Of a stretch of 64,000 nucleotides of DNA, positions 1-10,049 are shown piece by piece. The stretch is from positions 31,046 through 95,045 of IMG/VR virus record IMGVR_UViG_3300020213_000023, one strand, 5' to 3'. Below the pieces are notes generated by a model. The model saw only the letters and a program-made list of their open reading frames with translations, was not told where the DNA came from and searched no databases. The stretch's first letter is position 1, and each line of letters opens with the position of its first letter. Position numbers and translations under genes: made by a program. Origin of the DNA: a virus.

Positions 1-59
1 ACGACCACAAACTGGGACCCGACCTCAAGAAAGCACCGACGACGAGACCCGTAAAGTAG
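1..59 (+). CDS. 3' end of an upstream gene (partial)
   Basis: Open frame DHKLGPDLKKAPTTRPVK ending at TAG 57-59, just before the promoter-like element of the next gene. Confidence 0.35.
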   Translation, partial: DHKLGPDLKKAPTTRPVK

Positions 60-83
60 CTTTACCGCTCGGTGGTCGGCCGT

Positions 84-89
84 TAGTAT
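84..89 (+). promoter_or_regulatory. Putative -10 element (TAGTAT) of a leaderless transcript
   Basis: TAnnnT, then exactly 6 nt, then ATG 96; no SD; TTTACC 17 nt upstream. Confidence 0.55.
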
Positions 90-95
90 CAACGC

Positions 96-3000
96 ATGGC
101 GGACCAAGGAGGCGGCGAAACCATAAAGCAGATGCTCTCTGGGTTTAACCAGATGCAGATGCAGCTTGGTATTCTGCCCGTGCAATCGGCACAGACGCCT
201 ATGGGCGTCGGGTTTCAGCCGCCTCCTCCGCCGCCTCAAATCCCGCATCCATCGCAAGCAGCGATGATGGCGATGGCGCAGCAGCAGGCGATGACGCAGC
301 AGACCATGCAGGCTGCGCAGATGGCGCGTTACATTCCGCCCCCTTCTTCGCCAATCGGTGGGGGTGGTGGATACCAGCCGATGAACCCGTACCTCGCGGG
401 CGCGATGAACGGCAACATGGGCGGGATGCCGAATCCGATGATGATGACGGCGCCTGCGTTTGGCAATTATCGTTCGGGAGGCAATTTTAGCCGTCCACAC
501 ATTGGACAAGGCCACATCCCACCGATTTTCAATCCGTTTGCGCCGTCAGTACAGCAATCGCACTTCATGACTCCCGCGATGCAGAACCTGCAAATCATGC
601 AAGGTGTGCAATCGCGCAGCACCGGCATGGCGGCAGGCGCGGTGGACGCAGGGTTCCGCTTCGGCGGCGCGGCTCTCGGCGCGTTGGCAGGCTCCGCGTT
701 CGGTCCCTTGGGGACTCTCGCAGGCGGCTTCCTTGGTCACCAGATTGGCGGGTTCCTGGGTGGCATGGCGACGGGGCCGGGCGCCATGGACACCGCGCGA
801 GGTCGTCAGCTCCAGAACATGTCGGCACCCTGGATGGTGTCGGGAGGCATCCTCAATCCGTTCACCGGGCAAGGCATGGATCGCGAGGCAGCTCGCTCGA
901 CAGCGACAGGCCTGCGCCACATGGCGACACGTGACCACGATTTCCGACGTACAGGGTTCAACACCGAAGACGTCATGCGCATCACACAGCTGTCCAGCGA
1001 CCAGGGGCTGCTGACTGCTTCACGGTCGCCCGAAGATGTCCTGCGTAAAGTGAAAGAGGTCTCGAAAGCGGTCAAGGTCTTGATGCAGATCACGGGCGAC
1101 CCGGATGTGCGAAACGCAATCGCGTCAATCGGTCAAATGAAGGACCTAGGCTTCGTCGGCACTGCCGGTCAGGCGGGCGCTGTTGCCAATCGCGCGATGT
1201 TCGCGCGTATGGCTGGCGTGTCGCAAGGCGCGATGAACGATGTCTACGGCATGCCAGGCGCGATGATGGCACAGCAGTCTGGCATGGCAGGGTCCACGGG
1301 GTACATGGCGGGCATGGCAGGCGGCGCGGCAGCGAACATCGCGCGCTCGTCCGGCGCTCTTGATCCATTGCAGATGGCGCGGGCCGGTGGTGTTCAGGGT
1401 CTTGGGCAAATCAACGCGATGGCGCAATTGAGTGCGCAGAACCAAGACATCTACATGGCGGCGGCCCTCAAGAAGGGCAAGGGGGGCATCGACATCGACA
1501 TCGACGCATACCGCAAGGCCCAGACGATGTCGATCTCGGAGGTGTCCAAGCTCGCGGCTGAAAACATGCGAGAGCTGCAAAAGGAAGGTCATTTCGAGCT
1601 GGCCACACGCAAGCAGGAGTTCAAAGACAAGCTTGCACAGCAAATGACTCCGTTCGAGATGCAGATGAACGTGGTGAATCAAGCCCGCGGTCTCCAGAAG
1701 TCGGTTCCAGGCATGAACCTTGGCGCCGCGTTGCGCGTCACTGCACAGTCCAATGCGGTCGGCGCAGGGATGAGCGATGATCAAGCAGAGGCGGCGGGGC
1801 GGTCTATGGAGTTGCAGCTCACGAGCCGTGAGTATTGGGACGGCCAACTCCAGCAAAGAAAAGTTCAACGTCGCGAAGTTGCGCGTTCTGAAAAAGCCAA
1901 ATGGGACCAGTTCCGCACGCCTGGCTTGGCGACGCGGATGGGCCGCGGCATCGAAGGAGCTTTCAACGTCGTGAGCGACACTCTTTCTTCGCCGTTCCGA
2001 AGCCTGTCCAATCGGATGGACCGCGCAGCAGAGGATGAGGCTGCGATGCATCGCGGCGAAAGAATCGTGCGACACGGCGCTTCGACGTTGATTGATGACG
2101 CTTCCGATCGAGCAATGGCTCGAGGCGCGCTGAAAGATATGCGTGGACGCGGGTCTTCGCGCGAGATGTCGTTTAACGACGGTCTAGGCGAGCGACTTCT
2201 CAATAACGTTGGAAGCTTCTTTGGCCTGTCTAGTACGAGCAGCATGGCTCTAGGCGCGCTGAAAGATATGCGTGGACGCGGGTCTTCGCGCGAGATGTCG
2301 TTTAACGACGGACTTCTCAATAACGTTGGAAGCTTCTTTGGCCTGTCTAGTACGAGCAGCATGGCTCTAGGCGCGCTGAAAGATATACATGAACGCGGGT
2401 CTTCGCGCGAGATGTCGTTTAACGACGGTCTAGGCGAGCGACTTCTCAATAACGTTGGAAGCTTCTTTGGCCTGTCTAGTACGAGCAGCTCGGTTCGTAT
2501 TAACGAACTCGCACACGCGTCACGGCAACACATGTTCGGAAATTCGATCGGGGAATCCTTCGGGGACCCGCAAGAATCTCTACGTCGCGTCATGGACGTC
2601 GTAGGTCAAGCGAAGGCCATGGACCGAGGTCAAACACTAACAGGCACCAAACGCAGTGACGTGATGGATAAGCTCCGCAAGTCCAGCGGAGTAAACATGG
2701 AGAAGGTAGTTTTCAACGCAGCTAGTCGTATCCACTCACTCAGTGGAACTGCAGGTACGTTTGATTCGGCTTCTGCCATGGGGCTTTCGGAACAAAAGGC
2801 CTCGTGGATCGAATCCCTCAAGAAGGGAGGAAAAACGACCGAAGAGGCTGAAAAGTTCTACGAAGCACACAAGGACGATCTTCACGCGCTGGGCGCGAAA
2901 GAACTCATGACGTGGGGCGGAAAAGACGTCAAGGAACGTCTCGGCAGGTCCAAGGATATTCAAACTGCCATGGGCGGTATTAGGTCCAGCACAAGCACGT

Positions 3001-3854
3001 CAGCTGCGGACAAGGTAATCAACGAGAAGCTCGCCGGTGCCGGACTTGGTGCCCTTGGTAAAGACTTCTTCAGCGAAGGCCACCTCAAGGCGACGAAGAA
3101 GCTCTACGGCAAACACAGCGATGACGCGATTAAACTTGCGACAATGCTTTCTGCGCGAGGGGAAGGCACCGAAGCAAACAAGGTACGCGCGATGATAGGC
3201 ATCAATGAAATGATGGGTTCGATGGGGGAAGAGGAATACAGCAAGCTGAAGGGCGAGGCTGACAAAATTGTAAATACAGCCGATCCGAACGCGCTCAAGG
3301 TACTTCGCTACGGTATGGGTGCAGGGACTGACGGGTCTCTCAAAGGCATCTCGGAACGGCTTGGTAGTTTGAAAGACTTCTCCGGCGCGCGCATGGCCAA
3401 GACCGCCCAGGTTGCCATGCTGGAACATATCCGAGAAGCGACGGGCCGCGCAGATGTTGGAGACAGTGTTACCGACGCAATATCACATCTGGACGCTGAC
3501 GACGAAGACCAGATGCGCTGGTTCACGACGGCGCAACGGGCTCTGTTGAAGAAAGCACAAGCAGGAGATGAGGACGCCGCGGATGAATTCACACTGTCCC
3601 GCACTCCCAAAAGTACGACTGAGACGTACGGAGGTGCAAAGGGCGGCGCGCTGAAAGCGTACGACGAAGAGACAGCCAAAATGGCTGAACTGGCAGATCA
3701 AGTCGCTGTCGAGGGAGGGAGTGCCGCAAACCAACTCCTTGCTGACAGTTCCGTAATGCTGGCCAAGGCGTCCGAGGATTTGCAAAAGACCAGCGACAAT
3801 CTCAAAACTGCGATGAATGCTCCGGCCTGGATGAGCATGTTCGGAGGGAGCTAA
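96..3854 (+). CDS. Tail tape measure-like protein
   Basis: 1252 aa, Ala/Gly/Met/Gln-rich and helical, glycine-zipper segment GAALGALAGSAFGPLGTLAGGFLG, lies directly upstream of baseplate genes. Confidence 0.65.
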   Translation: MADQGGGETIKQMLSGFNQMQMQLGILPVQSAQTPMGVGFQPPPPPPQIPHPSQAAMMAMAQQQAMTQQTMQAAQMARYIPPPSSPIGGGGGYQPMNPYLAGAMNGNMGGMPNPMMMTAPAFGNYRSGGNFSRPHIGQGHIPPIFNPFAPSVQQSHFMTPAMQNLQIMQGVQSRSTGMAAGAVDAGFRFGGAALGALAGSAFGPLGTLAGGFLGHQIGGFLGGMATGPGAMDTARGRQLQNMSAPWMVSGGILNPFTGQGMDREAARSTATGLRHMATRDHDFRRTGFNTEDVMRITQLSSDQGLLTASRSPEDVLRKVKEVSKAVKVLMQITGDPDVRNAIASIGQMKDLGFVGTAGQAGAVANRAMFARMAGVSQGAMNDVYGMPGAMMAQQSGMAGSTGYMAGMAGGAAANIARSSGALDPLQMARAGGVQGLGQINAMAQLSAQNQDIYMAAALKKGKGGIDIDIDAYRKAQTMSISEVSKLAAENMRELQKEGHFELATRKQEFKDKLAQQMTPFEMQMNVVNQARGLQKSVPGMNLGAALRVTAQSNAVGAGMSDDQAEAAGRSMELQLTSREYWDGQLQQRKVQRREVARSEKAKWDQFRTPGLATRMGRGIEGAFNVVSDTLSSPFRSLSNRMDRAAEDEAAMHRGERIVRHGASTLIDDASDRAMARGALKDMRGRGSSREMSFNDGLGERLLNNVGSFFGLSSTSSMALGALKDMRGRGSSREMSFNDGLLNNVGSFFGLSSTSSMALGALKDIHERGSSREMSFNDGLGERLLNNVGSFFGLSSTSSSVRINELAHASRQHMFGNSIGESFGDPQESLRRVMDVVGQAKAMDRGQTLTGTKRSDVMDKLRKSSGVNMEKVVFNAASRIHSLSGTAGTFDSASAMGLSEQKASWIESLKKGGKTTEEAEKFYEAHKDDLHALGAKELMTWGGKDVKERLGRSKDIQTAMGGIRSSTSTSAADKVINEKLAGAGLGALGKDFFSEGHLKATKKLYGKHSDDAIKLATMLSARGEGTEANKVRAMIGINEMMGSMGEEEYSKLKGEADKIVNTADPNALKVLRYGMGAGTDGSLKGISERLGSLKDFSGARMAKTAQVAMLEHIREATGRADVGDSVTDAISHLDADDEDQMRWFTTAQRALLKKAQAGDEDAADEFTLSRTPKSTTETYGGAKGGALKAYDEETAKMAELADQVAVEGGSAANQLLADSSVMLAKASEDLQKTSDNLKTAMNAPAWMSMFGGS
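2115..2489 (+). repeat. In-frame tandem triplication (129/117/129 bp)
   Basis: Three near-identical units starting ATGGCT at 2115, 2244 and 2361, encoding GALKD(M/I)xxRGSSREMSFNDG..LLNNVGSFFGLSSTSS. Confidence 0.95.
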
Positions 3855-3856
3855 CC

Positions 3857-4060
3857 ATGGCTGTTCGCTCGGACATCAAAGAGCTGATTTTTGTTCCAAC
3901 CGCTATCAACGTCGTGTTGTTGGTGAGCGAGAACATCTCTGACAACCTACGTTTGTCCAAAGCGTCTGATCTCGTGCTTCCCAGTCTCTATCGCCGCGCG
4001 TTCCTCGTTGTTGGCGAAACTGACGAGGTCGGCATCCTGCGCCACGAGAGAGGCCGGTAA
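3857..4060 (+). CDS. Hypothetical protein (67 aa)
   Basis: SD-like GGAGGGAG upstream; packed 2 nt from both neighbours. Confidence 0.55.
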   Translation: MAVRSDIKELIFVPTAINVVLLVSENISDNLRLSKASDLVLPSLYRRAFLVVGETDEVGILRHERGR

Positions 4061-4062
4061 TC

Positions 4063-5022
4063 ATGGCGGACCCTCTCTTTGGCACGCTCTACGACGACAA
4101 CGAGACCAAAGGCATCAACCGCCGTCAACACGGCGTGTTTGGCCTGCACCCTCTGGCGACGCCTAAATACGCCTTCAACAAGGGGGCACGCGACAACGAG
4201 TTCAAGGAGTCGCTCGCTCGGATGTACGTATCGTTGGCTGACGCCAGCGAGCAGCTCAAGCAGCAGTACCTCACGAGCTTGCCTGGCGACGCTGCAACGC
4301 AAGCACTAGCGAAGGTGCTTGTCGGGCTCGGTCAGCAACGGGGCGGCACCGGCTTCATCGATTTCTTCCTGCAACAGGTCAACGAGTCCTGGCAAGAATC
4401 CGTACAAGTGGACAAGGTCCTGGGCGACAACTATGTCGCGTTCTACTTCGGACAGGAGCCACCCGTCTTTCAGTACGCAGGCACGCTACTCAACTCGCAA
4501 CAGGACGACCAGAGGTCGGGGTTCGCTCTTGCGTACCAACAAATCATCCGAGGGACCCAGCTTGCCCGTCGCAACGCGCTTCTGCGCATCCGGTACGACA
4601 ACGTCATCGTGTCCGGCTCGATGAACTCACACACACAGGCCATCAACGCAGAGAATGAGATGGTCGTTCCTTTCACCTTCTCTCTGTTGGTGAAGGAGTA
4701 TGTGGTTCTTCAGAACCCGCGGTTTACGAAGAAAAGTCGCCGCGACTTCGTACAACTCGCGACTCAATTTGCATCGGGTGAGCTTGGGCCGGTTGGGCGC
4801 GTGTCTGATGTTCGCGTTCGTTCCATTATGGTGCAACCGAACGTGTCGGCAGCAGAGTCGTCTGCAGGGCCCGACGAACCTGACCCGACGATTGACTCTG
4901 ACTTGTCTGCACCCATTCAGATGGATTTGAAGATGAACGGCGTGGTCACGGAAGAAATCAACGCGAGTGCTGACCTTGGCACCATGACACTGGAACCGTT
5001 TCGTCCTGTAGCTAATCGGTAG
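4063..5022 (+). CDS. Tail tube-like / baseplate tube-initiator protein
   Basis: 319 aa after the tape measure gene; beta-rich pattern FFLQQVNESWQE..YFGQEPPVFQYAGTLLN..VPFTFSLLV. Confidence 0.5.
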   Translation: MADPLFGTLYDDNETKGINRRQHGVFGLHPLATPKYAFNKGARDNEFKESLARMYVSLADASEQLKQQYLTSLPGDAATQALAKVLVGLGQQRGGTGFIDFFLQQVNESWQESVQVDKVLGDNYVAFYFGQEPPVFQYAGTLLNSQQDDQRSGFALAYQQIIRGTQLARRNALLRIRYDNVIVSGSMNSHTQAINAENEMVVPFTFSLLVKEYVVLQNPRFTKKSRRDFVQLATQFASGELGPVGRVSDVRVRSIMVQPNVSAAESSAGPDEPDPTIDSDLSAPIQMDLKMNGVVTEEINASADLGTMTLEPFRPVANR

Positions 5023-5030
5023 GAGGCCGC

Positions 5031-5504
5031 GTGGGATTTTCATTCATTGAGGCGGACCTTGTTTGTTGGACAGGCACCCTCAGCACGTTCGAACAGCGCC
5101 TGATGCGTCCTCTGCCGATGTACGCACTCGAGCAGCTGCGTGTTCGATTCCTTCACGTCGTCACAACATCAAAGGAACAAGCCAAAGTCGCACGTTCCGT
5201 GCTTCAGATGGCGTTCGATACCGAGATTGGCGCCACGCTCGCCAAGCTCATCACGGTAGCGCCCGATGCTCTTACGTCACGTGTGTGTGAGCGCCGTCGA
5301 TTCCTCGAGATTGATGCAGATATGCAGGCGTTCAAGTTCCTCTGGGCTCCCGCCCTAGACGCAGTACGTGAGCAGGAGTTCCTGCCTCTCAAGTACGTCG
5401 AGCTTCTCGAGCTGCACTACGAAGCGGCGTATCCGCGTTACCGTGTTAGCGCAATCGCGGCGCTCCTCTGTATGGCCGCTTCGTACCTTGTCGAGGACGC
5501 ATGA
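5031..5504 (+). CDS. Hypothetical protein
   Basis: AGGAGG SD before GTG; ATGA overlap with the next gene. Confidence 0.6.
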   Translation: MGFSFIEADLVCWTGTLSTFEQRLMRPLPMYALEQLRVRFLHVVTTSKEQAKVARSVLQMAFDTEIGATLAKLITVAPDALTSRVCERRRFLEIDADMQAFKFLWAPALDAVREQEFLPLKYVELLELHYEAAYPRYRVSAIAALLCMAASYLVEDA

Positions 5505-8500
5505 GCAAACCGCAGAGTGGCGCCTTGTTTTCAACGAACGACGCCCATTCGGGCGCCTTCATCGTTTACATCAATGGACTCGAGGTCCCATGCAAGAGCG
5601 TGTCGCACCGTTACGGGGTCTGGCAAACACCTGAGATGGTGCTCGAAATGGTCGCAGACCCTGTGCTCACGCGTATCGGAGCAGAAGACCGTGTCCAGGT
5701 CCAAGTCTTCTATCTCGACGACACCAAGGTCGATCCGTCAGTTTCTCCTCAGTTCCGTGTGTTCGGCGAAGGTGAAATCACTGGATGGGGATACCAGAAC
5801 ACGCCGAGTGGTCGTTCGATCATGCTCACCTGTGTCAATCAGGTGGCCATCTTCACGCAGTTGTTCGTCCAGTTCATGACGAACCTCGACGACATGGTAG
5901 CGCACGCGTCTGATCCGAGCGCTGGCGCAAACGCGATTGCGGTTGCATCCAGCAACATCGTGTATCCGTACGCGTTGTTCAGCGAGGGTATCGTTCCAGG
6001 CGAAGCAACAGGGCAGATCAAACGGCCGTTTGATCTACTCTACAACGTCATTAGAAACATGATTGGTTCCCATGTTTCATCAACCACTCGTGCAACTCCA
6101 GTTGCCAATTTCTTTGCGCGTTGGTCACGTCTGACGAATTTCCACAACCGATTTGCAGCGATGCCCTTCTTTGACGAAGTCATCGATAACAACATCTTCC
6201 CTGTGCTCAAGGCGCTGCAGAACACCGCAGCTGTCGACGTGTTGTGCAAGAGCTTGCTTCCCCAAGTCCAGAACTCCGGATCGTTCTGGGACATGCTGCA
6301 GCTGGTCTATCAGACGGTATTCATGGAGATCACCATGATCCCTACGATGCCGTTGGTCACCGTCGACCTTCGCTCTGGACACATCCTCCAGACAAATTTC
6401 GATAAACACAAATTGACGATGGTGGACGGGACGTACGTCGCTGCGGCAGCGCCGGATCCCCTCAAACCTCACCGCATCCCTAACTACTTTGCCAAACCGC
6501 AAATGCTGTTCGGCATTCCGCCGACGTGCAACGTCATCTTTCCGTCGCAGCTCAAGATGTTTGCTTACGACGAGAACTTCGCCACACAACCCACACGGCT
6601 CTACTTCAACGACGAAACCGTCAGTAAGATCCTCAAGATCCAACAAGGCGGATACGGCGAGACGGTCATGAACTCTCTCGCCACCGCGTATCCGCCAGAA
6701 GCGGACGCAGCGAATCAAGCACGGCTTCGGTTTCCTGCGTTCAACGGGAAAAGCTTCCTTCTCTTCCCTGAGGAATTCTTCAAAGGCCCGGTCATGGACC
6801 GGCGCAACATCCCACCATGGCTGTTCTTCCTCAAACAGAATGAAGTCCTCAACGACCCGTCGTCTAGTGACGGAACAACGACAACACCGCCTCCGCCGGC
6901 TCAAACAGGCGCAGCGACGGTCACGTCCGCACCAATCACGTCCGCAACGGCAATGCTTACGGATACGCGGGTAGGGACTATCGGGAAGGATGGTAAGCGT
7001 GTTTTTTCCACGAACGTGGAAAGCCTGCGAACCGACGTGACCCGACTGACAAGGGGCAACACAATCCCGGTCGACTTTGCGTTGGCCTGGATCCAGCACG
7101 AATCTGACGGAACGCTCAAAACTACGACTAGCAGAAACCAACGCGGTTATTTCCAAGTGACAGGGCCGCACGAAAGGGGTGACGGAACCATCGTCAAGTT
7201 TGCGGACAGCGAAGCGGCTGCCATTGGGCTTACGGAGGCCCACACGGGAAGTGGACAAGATTCGCCGTTACTCGGTGAAGAGCATCCGCTGCTTTCAACT
7301 AACCACGAGGAATCGCTCCAGGCGGGCGTTGCTTTGATCCTCTACTATCGCAAACAAGCCGATACCCTCGCCAACACAAATTCGCTCGATTGGTCCGAAG
7401 GCGACATGTGGCGACTCACCAAGCTATTTCACGGGGGCGCGGGATATGCGGCGTCTTTCATTGAAAAAGCGGTCGCAGCAAACGCGGTTGACAGCTGGGC
7501 CAACGCGTTCACCGCAGTAACTCATACGCTCGAGGCCCCCTTCAAAAAGGTGGTCGATACTGCAACCGGTGTTGGTAGCGTGGTGCCGACCGCAAGCGGC
7601 ACGACCCTGGATGCGAACAGTGAAGCTATCCGTCAAGCGGCTGCGACACCGCCCCCTGCCACGCCCGCCGATGTAACTGCTCCTTCGGATGGAACGACGT
7701 CGGCAACAGTGGCCGCCGGAACAGCTAGCGAGGCGGACCTATTCGAGCAGGCACGTGAAGGCCAGCAGACCGTCTACCAGCTCTACGCCAAATACGAGTT
7801 TTTCCGGGAACGTTACTCTCGGCGAACAGGGTCCGTCGTCCTTGCCTTCAATCCTTACGTTGTGCCTGGCTTCCCTGCAGCCATCTTCGACCGCCGGGAC
7901 ACGCGCGTCGACGTGTTCTGTTACGTCACCACGGTGCAACAAAGGATGTCACACCGAGGTGGAAAGGAGACAACACTCTCTTTTGTATACGGACGTACCA
8001 TTCAAGAGATGTTCGACTTGATGCGTCTCGAATTTTCCCAAGGGGGCGCAGCCGCTGGCACAGGACCACGCGAGCCAATCCGAGACATCCGAAAGGTAGT
8101 GCAGAGCTTCTCGTCGTCCGAGACACTCTATCAACGTCTTTTCTACGGAAATCAGATTTTGTTCGGTAAGGACGCGTCGTTTGATTACCGCAAGGTCATT
8201 GGATACCAGCCGGACGTTCCTTCTGATATGCCGGATCGAATCGTCATCGAAGGGCCAGACGAGGCTTCGCAAGATTCGGCTGAGCGTGCCAAAGAAGTTA
8301 TTGCGGCTCTCGAAGCCAGCAAGCAAGCGGCGGAATTGCGCGTCGCCGTATACACGCAAGCACAGCGAGATGCGCAAGCAGCACTAAGCGTTTACGAGGC
8401 TCAAGCTGGAACGGCGCTCGAGACCGCACGGGACGCTGCACAAAAACAGTTCGAGATTTCCACGGTGAACCTCAACGTGGTCAAGGCCGAACTCGCATCA

Positions 8501-9043
8501 CTCAACCAGTCGATTAACTATCAAATGTCCGTGTTGGTTGCCTCGAACGAGGTGAACGCGAAGACCCACGTCATTCATAACCTCGCAGGGGACCGGGAAA
8601 TCATTCCGTTGCCGTCTGCGGAGGGCGCGTTTCAAGATTACGACGTCGCCATGCGCTACAACTGGCGCCCGATCTGCACCCTCGATGAATACATCATGTT
8701 CCATGACTCCGTGGGAGAAGGTCCGGTCCCTGCGAGTAACCATCCCCGATCGGTTGGCGCGATGTACTATGATCGTATCCGTCGGATGACGCCCGTACCC
8801 GCGGACTTCAAGTTCCCTGCAGGGGCCGACGGTCTCAACGCTGCCGTGGTTGCCGCTACACCAGAACAAATCGCAGCAGGGGAGGCGCCGGCACACGCGA
8901 CGGCCATCCCAGGCCTCAAGAGTGGCACCGGCCCTCATGGAACCAACGCACCGGGTGACTTCCCTCAAGTAAGAGACGACTGGGATAAAATCCTCTTGGC
9001 GTACAGAAATAATGTTTACCACGTGAAAGTACCGCGAACATGA
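5501..9043 (+). CDS. Baseplate hub protein with inserted lytic transglycosylase (SLT/lysozyme-like) domain
   Basis: Hub-like ends (VYINGLEVP; FNPYVVPGFP); internal WIQHES, RGYFQV, AGVALILYY and LFHGG motifs between Pro/Thr/Ala linkers. Confidence 0.7.
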   Translation: MSKPQSGALFSTNDAHSGAFIVYINGLEVPCKSVSHRYGVWQTPEMVLEMVADPVLTRIGAEDRVQVQVFYLDDTKVDPSVSPQFRVFGEGEITGWGYQNTPSGRSIMLTCVNQVAIFTQLFVQFMTNLDDMVAHASDPSAGANAIAVASSNIVYPYALFSEGIVPGEATGQIKRPFDLLYNVIRNMIGSHVSSTTRATPVANFFARWSRLTNFHNRFAAMPFFDEVIDNNIFPVLKALQNTAAVDVLCKSLLPQVQNSGSFWDMLQLVYQTVFMEITMIPTMPLVTVDLRSGHILQTNFDKHKLTMVDGTYVAAAAPDPLKPHRIPNYFAKPQMLFGIPPTCNVIFPSQLKMFAYDENFATQPTRLYFNDETVSKILKIQQGGYGETVMNSLATAYPPEADAANQARLRFPAFNGKSFLLFPEEFFKGPVMDRRNIPPWLFFLKQNEVLNDPSSSDGTTTTPPPPAQTGAATVTSAPITSATAMLTDTRVGTIGKDGKRVFSTNVESLRTDVTRLTRGNTIPVDFALAWIQHESDGTLKTTTSRNQRGYFQVTGPHERGDGTIVKFADSEAAAIGLTEAHTGSGQDSPLLGEEHPLLSTNHEESLQAGVALILYYRKQADTLANTNSLDWSEGDMWRLTKLFHGGAGYAASFIEKAVAANAVDSWANAFTAVTHTLEAPFKKVVDTATGVGSVVPTASGTTLDANSEAIRQAAATPPPATPADVTAPSDGTTSATVAAGTASEADLFEQAREGQQTVYQLYAKYEFFRERYSRRTGSVVLAFNPYVVPGFPAAIFDRRDTRVDVFCYVTTVQQRMSHRGGKETTLSFVYGRTIQEMFDLMRLEFSQGGAAAGTGPREPIRDIRKVVQSFSSSETLYQRLFYGNQILFGKDASFDYRKVIGYQPDVPSDMPDRIVIEGPDEASQDSAERAKEVIAALEASKQAAELRVAVYTQAQRDAQAALSVYEAQAGTALETARDAAQKQFEISTVNLNVVKAELASLNQSINYQMSVLVASNEVNAKTHVIHNLAGDREIIPLPSAEGAFQDYDVAMRYNWRPICTLDEYIMFHDSVGEGPVPASNHPRSVGAMYYDRIRRMTPVPADFKFPAGADGLNAAVVAATPEQIAAGEAPAHATAIPGLKSGTGPHGTNAPGDFPQVRDDWDKILLAYRNNVYHVKVPRT

Positions 9044-9795
9044 GCGTCCTCAAAAACGTCGCCAAGCTCGCGTTTGCTGCCGCAGGCACACGACAAGAGC
9101 AAGACCTTGCACTATGGCGGAAGTGGAAACAGGCCCCGACGGATGCCAACGCGTCCGCGCTGCTCAAATCCATCGACCCGCTAATTCAACGAGAAACGAA
9201 CAAGTGGTCAGGTTCGTTGGCGCGCCCGCTCCTGGAAACGGAAGGTAAGCGTCTCGCTATGGAGGCGTTCCATAGCTACGACCCGAATCGGGGGGCTGCA
9301 CTCGGCACGCACGTCGTCAACCAGCTCCAACGGATGTCTCGGCTGTCCTACGCCAACCAAAATGCGGCACGGCTACCTGAAAACAAGATGCTCCAGTTCC
9401 ATGCGTTCACGATGGGGCACGCAACGTTGCAAGACGAGCTTGGACGTGCTCCCACGTCTGACGAATTGTCAGACCATCTCGGTTGGTCCAACAAACACTT
9501 GACCAAGTTCCGCACAGAGATTGGACACCAAGAACTGCTCGAGTCCGGCGGTATCGAAGGGTCTTCGGCCGGAACGTTCACAGCAGAGGAGTCCGACCAC
9601 ACCGTCGACTTCATACACCACGACCTGTCCCCCAGACAGAAAGCGATCTTCGAACACCTCACGGGGTATGGGGGCGCCGAAATTCTTTCACATCGACAGA
9701 TCCAGAAAAAACTGAGTATCACCCAAGGGCAGTATAGTTACGACAAAGCTAAACTGATCACACACGTTGGAAACGTAACCACGAGGAAGTCGTAA
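9040..9795 (+). CDS. Sigma-70 family (FliA/SigB-like) sigma factor
   Basis: Region 2 AFHSYDPNRGAALGTHV, region 3 LQDELGRAPTSDELSDHLG, region 4 LSPRQKAIF..SHRQIQKKL. Confidence 0.75.
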   Translation: MSVLKNVAKLAFAAAGTRQEQDLALWRKWKQAPTDANASALLKSIDPLIQRETNKWSGSLARPLLETEGKRLAMEAFHSYDPNRGAALGTHVVNQLQRMSRLSYANQNAARLPENKMLQFHAFTMGHATLQDELGRAPTSDELSDHLGWSNKHLTKFRTEIGHQELLESGGIEGSSAGTFTAEESDHTVDFIHHDLSPRQKAIFEHLTGYGGAEILSHRQIQKKLSITQGQYSYDKAKLITHVGNVTTRKS

Positions 9796-10046
9796 TGCCT
9801 CCTTCTACACTTGCATACCGATTGCAGAAGGCAGCGAGCCACTTGACCAAGAAGAGCCTGAGTGCTTTGAACGTCAAGGCTCCTCCGCTGGAGTACGACA
9901 AGTACCAGAAGAGTTTCTACATAACACTCCCGATCCCCACGTCACAGGAGGTCGCGGCCAGCGGGAACGCCTTGGTAGTCGTCGAACCGCTTACTTTCGA
10001 CGTCGTCACGGGCCTCTGGTCGGACGGTAAAGGGATCGAGAGGTAA
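9795..10046 (+). CDS. Hypothetical protein resembling the C-terminus of the downstream M23 peptidase
   Basis: TAATG overlap; ends PLTFDVVTGLWSDGK. Confidence 0.65.
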   Translation: MPPSTLAYRLQKAASHLTKKSLSALNVKAPPLEYDKYQKSFYITLPIPTSQEVAASGNALVVVEPLTFDVVTGLWSDGKGIER

Positions 10047-10049
10047 ATC

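Noticed and set aside
2115-2489. CRISPR array or DGR template/variable repeat
   Set aside because: Units are contiguous coding repeats with no spacers; differences are not adenine-specific and no reverse transcriptase is present
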